Source: Anolis carolinensis (Eukaryota). Taken from it: 64,000 nt of DNA. The first letter of the stretch is position 1, and each line of letters opens with the position of its first letter. This document shows positions 59,790-64,000 of the stretch, piece by piece. The stretch spans positions 20,994,782-21,058,781 of the forward strand of contig NC_085842.1 of NCBI RefSeq assembly GCF_035594765.1. The letters are read 5' to 3'. A program made the translations under genes and the position numbers. The notes beneath the pieces were generated by a model. It saw only the letters and a program-made list of their open reading frames with translations. It ran no database searches and had not been told where the DNA came from.

Positions 59790-60889
59790 CAATTTGGACA
59801 GAAAAACAAGAAAACTCATGACCATTCATCATTCACTGCACCCTCGCAGTGATGTTGACCGGCTATATCTGCCTAGAAGATCAGGGGGCAGAGGACTCTT
59901 GCAAGTCAAACAAGCAGTCAAAGAAGAAGAACATGCCCTGGCAGAATATGTAAAGCAAAGTGAAGAACCTGCTTTGATTGAAGTCAAAAATCAGAAACTC
60001 CTCAAAGCACAGCAGACAAAAAAACAGTACAAGAAAACCGCACTACAAACTAGAGCTTGGCACAATGAAACATTGCATGGAAAGTTCCTTGACAAAATTG
60101 AAGGAAAAGCTGATAAGGAGAAGACCTGGCTCTGGCTCACGAATGGGACCCTGAAGAAGGAGACAGAAGGCCTGATCCTTGCAGCCCAGGAGCAAGCCAT
60201 CAGAACAAATGCAATTAAGGCCAAGATCGAAAAATCAGCTGATGACCCAAAATGCAGACTGTGCAAGGAAACCGACGAAACCATTGATCATCTCCTCAGC
60301 TGCTGTAAGAAAATCGCACAGACAGACTACAAACAGAGGCACAACTATGTGGCCCAAATGATTCATTGGAACTTATGCCTCAAGTACCACCTCCCTGCAG
60401 TAAAGAACTGGTGGGATCACAAACCTGCAAAAGTATTGGAAAATGAGCACGCAAAGATACTGTGGGACTTCCGAATCCAGACTGACAAAGTTCTGGAACA
60501 CAACTTACCAGACATCACAGTTGTGGAAAAGATAAAGATTTGGATCATTGATGTTGCCATCCCAGGTGACAGTCGCATTGACGAAAAACAACAGGAAAAA
60601 CTCAGCCGCTATCAGGACTTCAAGACTGAACTTCAAAGACTCTGGCAGACACCAGTACAGGTGGTCCCGGTGGTGATGGGCACACTGGGTGCCGTGCCAA
60701 AAGATCTCAGCCGGCATTTGGAAACAATAGACATTGACAAAATTATGATCTGCCAGCTGCAAAAGGCCACCCTACTGGGATCTGCGCGCATCATCCGAAA
60801 ATACATCACACAGTCCTAGACACTTGGGAAGTGTTCGACTTGTGATTTTGTGATATGAAATCCAGCATATCTATCTTGTTTGCTGTGTC

Positions 60890-60892
<3 letters not shown>
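59790..60892 (+). mobile_element. R4/Dong-clade non-LTR retrotransposon, 5'-truncated with an open 341-aa C-terminal frame
   Basis: RLYLPRRSGGRGL, CCHC knuckle CRLC...DHLLSCC, RHN and PD..D RLE motifs, (TAA)n tail at 60891-60923. Confidence 0.9.
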
Positions 60893-60924
<32 letters not shown>

Positions 60925-61761
60925 CCGCTGGGCCACCGGGGCTCCTTATATGAGTCTACACTGACCATTACAATACAGTTCAAACTGAATTATATGGCAG
61001 TATAATTGAGCTGGTAGAGAACCACTGCTCAAGAGCTTGCCAAAACTACAACTCCCAGGAGGCTTTAGTACTGAACCTTAGCAGTTAAAAGTGGGGGAGT
61101 CAAACTGCATTCATTCTGCAGTGTAGGTGCACCCTTTCTCTCTTGCTCAGTGCATTTCTCCCAACCTGGGAGTTGTAGTTTGGCGAGATCTTGCCAAACT
61201 ACAACTCCCACAGCTCCATAGCCTTGAGCCATGGCAGCCTGCCTCTCAATGGACATTTCCTACTTTCCCCAAACATGCTCCCAGGAACCCTTTTATGAGC
61301 TCACCTTTCTTTGCACCAGCTTTGCTCCCTTGCGAAAAATCAAAAACTCCAAAACCCCAGAGGGGTCTCCAAGGCTAAGAGAGGAGAGGAAATTTTAAAA
61401 AATCCGGATTTTCTCCCAGGAAGAAAAGAGGAGGTAGAAGAGATTTCTGCTCCTCTTCGTTGCTTTCTTACTTCCCTGGAAAGAGGCTCTTCCCTCTTCC
61501 CAGCCTTCCTTCCTCCCTTTCTAGGACTCAAATTCAGTTGCATTCACTGGACTTAACCCCTTTTGGGCGAGCCCAGAGTTGGAAGCTGTGTCAAACTGCA
61601 TTTATTCTACAGTGTAGATGGCTCTTACAAGGAGTCTTTAAACATTTTTTTGAAGAATGAAGACAGAGGAAGAAAGGACGTTTCGCCCACATCTATGGCA
61701 GGCATCCTCAGAGGTTGTGAGGTATGGAGAAACTAAGCAAGGAAGGTTTTTTATTTATTTA

Positions 61762-61794
<33 letters not shown>

Positions 61795-62136
61795 GTGGAA
61801 AGTCCAGGGTGAGAGAAGAACTCTTTGTCAGTTGGAGGCCAGTGCGAATGTTGTAGTTAATCACCTTAATTAGCATTGAATAGCTTCGTCTCCTGGCTTC
61901 TTCCTGCCTGGGAGCATCCTTTGTTCAGAGTCGTTAGCTGCCCCTGGTTGATTCACACTGGCCAAACAGGGGGAAAAACAAACTGAGGGACAGAATAAAA
62001 ACAACTTTGTTCTTGTATACTTTGAAATCCTTTTTTTATCTAAATACCACAAGAGGAATAACCCCACTCTGCTTGGGAATAGGGATGCGGAGGAAAGAAC
62101 TGCAGGAATATCTGAACTACGGCAGAATGAAATAAT

Positions 62137-62515
62137 TGTTAATGTGGGATTTGTGTATTGATAGTGTTTAAATACAATTTGTGTCTTGGTGTGTATTGCA
62201 TACTGATTGCTTCATCCAGAGTGTACTATAATCTGTAAAGAGTTAATTGCTGAGAAGCTGTGATGACCTTGATGTGTGGCTGGAACTGGGGAGTGTCCAG
62301 ACACAAGTGTGTGTGCATTACTGATTACATCAGTTCTGTTCTGTTCTGCTGTCTGCTGAGAAGTCAAGTCCTGTGTTTGTCTGCAAGTCTGTTTGTCTTT
62401 ATTACTGCTTTCAGTAAAACTTGTATATAGTTTTACCATCGTCTCTGATGTCTCTTTGTGCTACGTTCCTCTGACTCCATCCAACTGCTGCTTTGCTGCG
62501 TAAATTACTCTGACA
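62137..62515 (+). mobile_element. Solo LTR (379 bp)
   Basis: TGTTA...TGACA termini with a perfect 5-bp TSD ATAAT. AGTAAA polyA variant at about 62413. Confidence 0.7.
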
Positions 62516-63729
62516 ATAATTACACTTGAACAATAGTTGGAACAGAAGTGATATTGGAGCCGTTAACATGTTTTTCCCCTCAGTGAACAGTATTTCCTTC
62601 ATGCAAATATTATTTTAATTGATCATTTGTGAAGAGAGTACGGTTCAGTTCTTTATACATTTTCCTTTTCAATGTGTTGTTGAAGGCTTTCATGGCCGGG
62701 ATCACAGGGTTGTTGTATGTTTTCCTTTTCCTTTGACTTATCTATCAATCTTCCCCATTTCAGATCCCAGTTCTTCTTAAGTCAGACTGATATGTATTTG
62801 TTTCTCCTTTCAAGGATGTAATCTTGGAGCATGAAGTCCACTCTAAATTCAAACCATTTTTTAACTTCCCACTTTCTATGCTCTTTCCAACCCAAGGCCA
62901 CAGTTGCTTGGGTGGTGACTGCCATATATTTTATAATTTCCACCCAATCCTTAATGTTTTCATTCTTGTCTAGTTTCTGTATGAAGAATTCTTTTTTATT
63001 CAACACCAGTTTATACCCTAGCAGTCTCCTGCCAACCTAGCAGTTAGAAAACATGCAAATGTGAGTAGATAAACAGTCATGCCGACCACATGATCTTGGA
63101 GGTGTCTACGGACAACGTCGGCTCTTCGCCGGCTCTTCGGCTTAGAAATGGAGATGAGCACCAACCCCCAGAGTCGGTCATGACTGGACTTAACGTCAGG
63201 GGAAAACCTTTACCTTTACCTTATGCCCTATTAATGCTTCCCATTCCTTCTTTGTTTTTCTACTTTGTCACATTCCCACCACGTATGCATACAGAAAACA
63301 ATTTTTCCACATCTGCGCCAACACAATTGTTGCACTCTGGCCTGAAATCACCTTTGCACCCAGCACTACAAGAGTCCAGTAGTATTAACTAAACAGTTTA
63401 TTAAAGAAAGCAGTTATAAAAAGGTAAAAGGCAATCTTCAAAAAGCAATAGAAAAGGGGCTTTCAAAAAGCAATATTTCAAATTTCAAAGTTCTGCCCGA
63501 AAGTGACAAGGTATATCGAAAAACCAGGAATCAAAACATAGGAATAAATCCACAAACAGAAACTACAATAGAGTCTCACTTATCCAACATTCGCTGTTCA
63601 ATGTTCTGGATTATCCAATGCAGTCTGCCTCCTGCCCGGATCCACAGCTGTTTCTCTAGGCAGCAAGGACTGAACTTTTTATGCATTTAATTTCCAACAA
63701 TGTTGTTACTGAACGTTCCTTTTATGCAA

Positions 63730-64000
63730 TTCATTACAGGAGATTGGGATGCTAAAGTGGGCAGTCAAATGACAACCGGGATCACAGGCAAGCATGGTCT
63801 GGGACAACAAAATGAATCAGGACGTAGGCTGATAGAATTTTGCCAGGAAAACTCACTGTGCATAACAAATACTCTCTTCCAACAACCTAAAAGACGGCTT
63901 TACACATGGACTTCACCAGATGGTCAACACCGAAATCAGATTGACTACATCCTTTGCAGCCAAAAGTGACGGACATCTATCCAGTCAGTGAAAACAAGAC
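63730..64000 (+). mobile_element. RTE/BovB-like LINE APE endonuclease fragment, following a MITE end at 63566
   Basis: GDWDAKVGSQ...GKHGLGQQNESGRRLIEFCQEN.LCITNTLFQQPKRRLYTWTSPDGQHRNQIDYI. Confidence 0.88.

Noticed and set aside
59794-60819. 341-aa ORF as a host gene
   Set aside because: It is a 5'-truncated R4/Dong retrotransposon C-terminus with no true ATG at the ORF start and a (TAA)n tail.

Overview
This is vertebrate genomic DNA, most likely a squamate lizard (Anolis-like), inferred from Sauria-type SINEs, Penelope, CR1, L2, R4/Dong, Vingi, RTE and SPIN-like repeats. It is part of a head-to-tail, minus-strand C2H2 zinc-finger gene cluster. Gene A is represented by a SCAN exon and continues off the left edge. 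Gene B is a complete 5-coding-exon SCAN-KRAB-16xZF gene of about 841 aa. Gene C has a frameshifted KRAB-A exon and a 17-finger terminal exon. Gene D is an extended gag-capsid/SCAN plus 5xZF gene of about 586 aa. The main finding lies in the last intron of gene C: a 2.43 kb Tigger/pogo element with decayed TIRs but an intact 569-aa transposase ORF. Its first catalytic Asp is replaced by Ala, and it has its own splice acceptor and polyA signal. It looks like a domesticated transposase acting as an alternative terminal exon to the zinc-finger exon, and its MITE derivatives lie nearby. A second notable feature is an orphan PLEKHM3-like exon with both splice sites, antisense inside an intron of gene B. 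The rest is densely nested transposable elements, a 27-bp minisatellite, and a 3.5 kb TATC/TATCTGAA satellite containing a 190-N gap. Gene models come from reading splice sites and phases by eye. Repeat family names come from recalled consensus features, not database searches, and many repeat boundaries are approximate.
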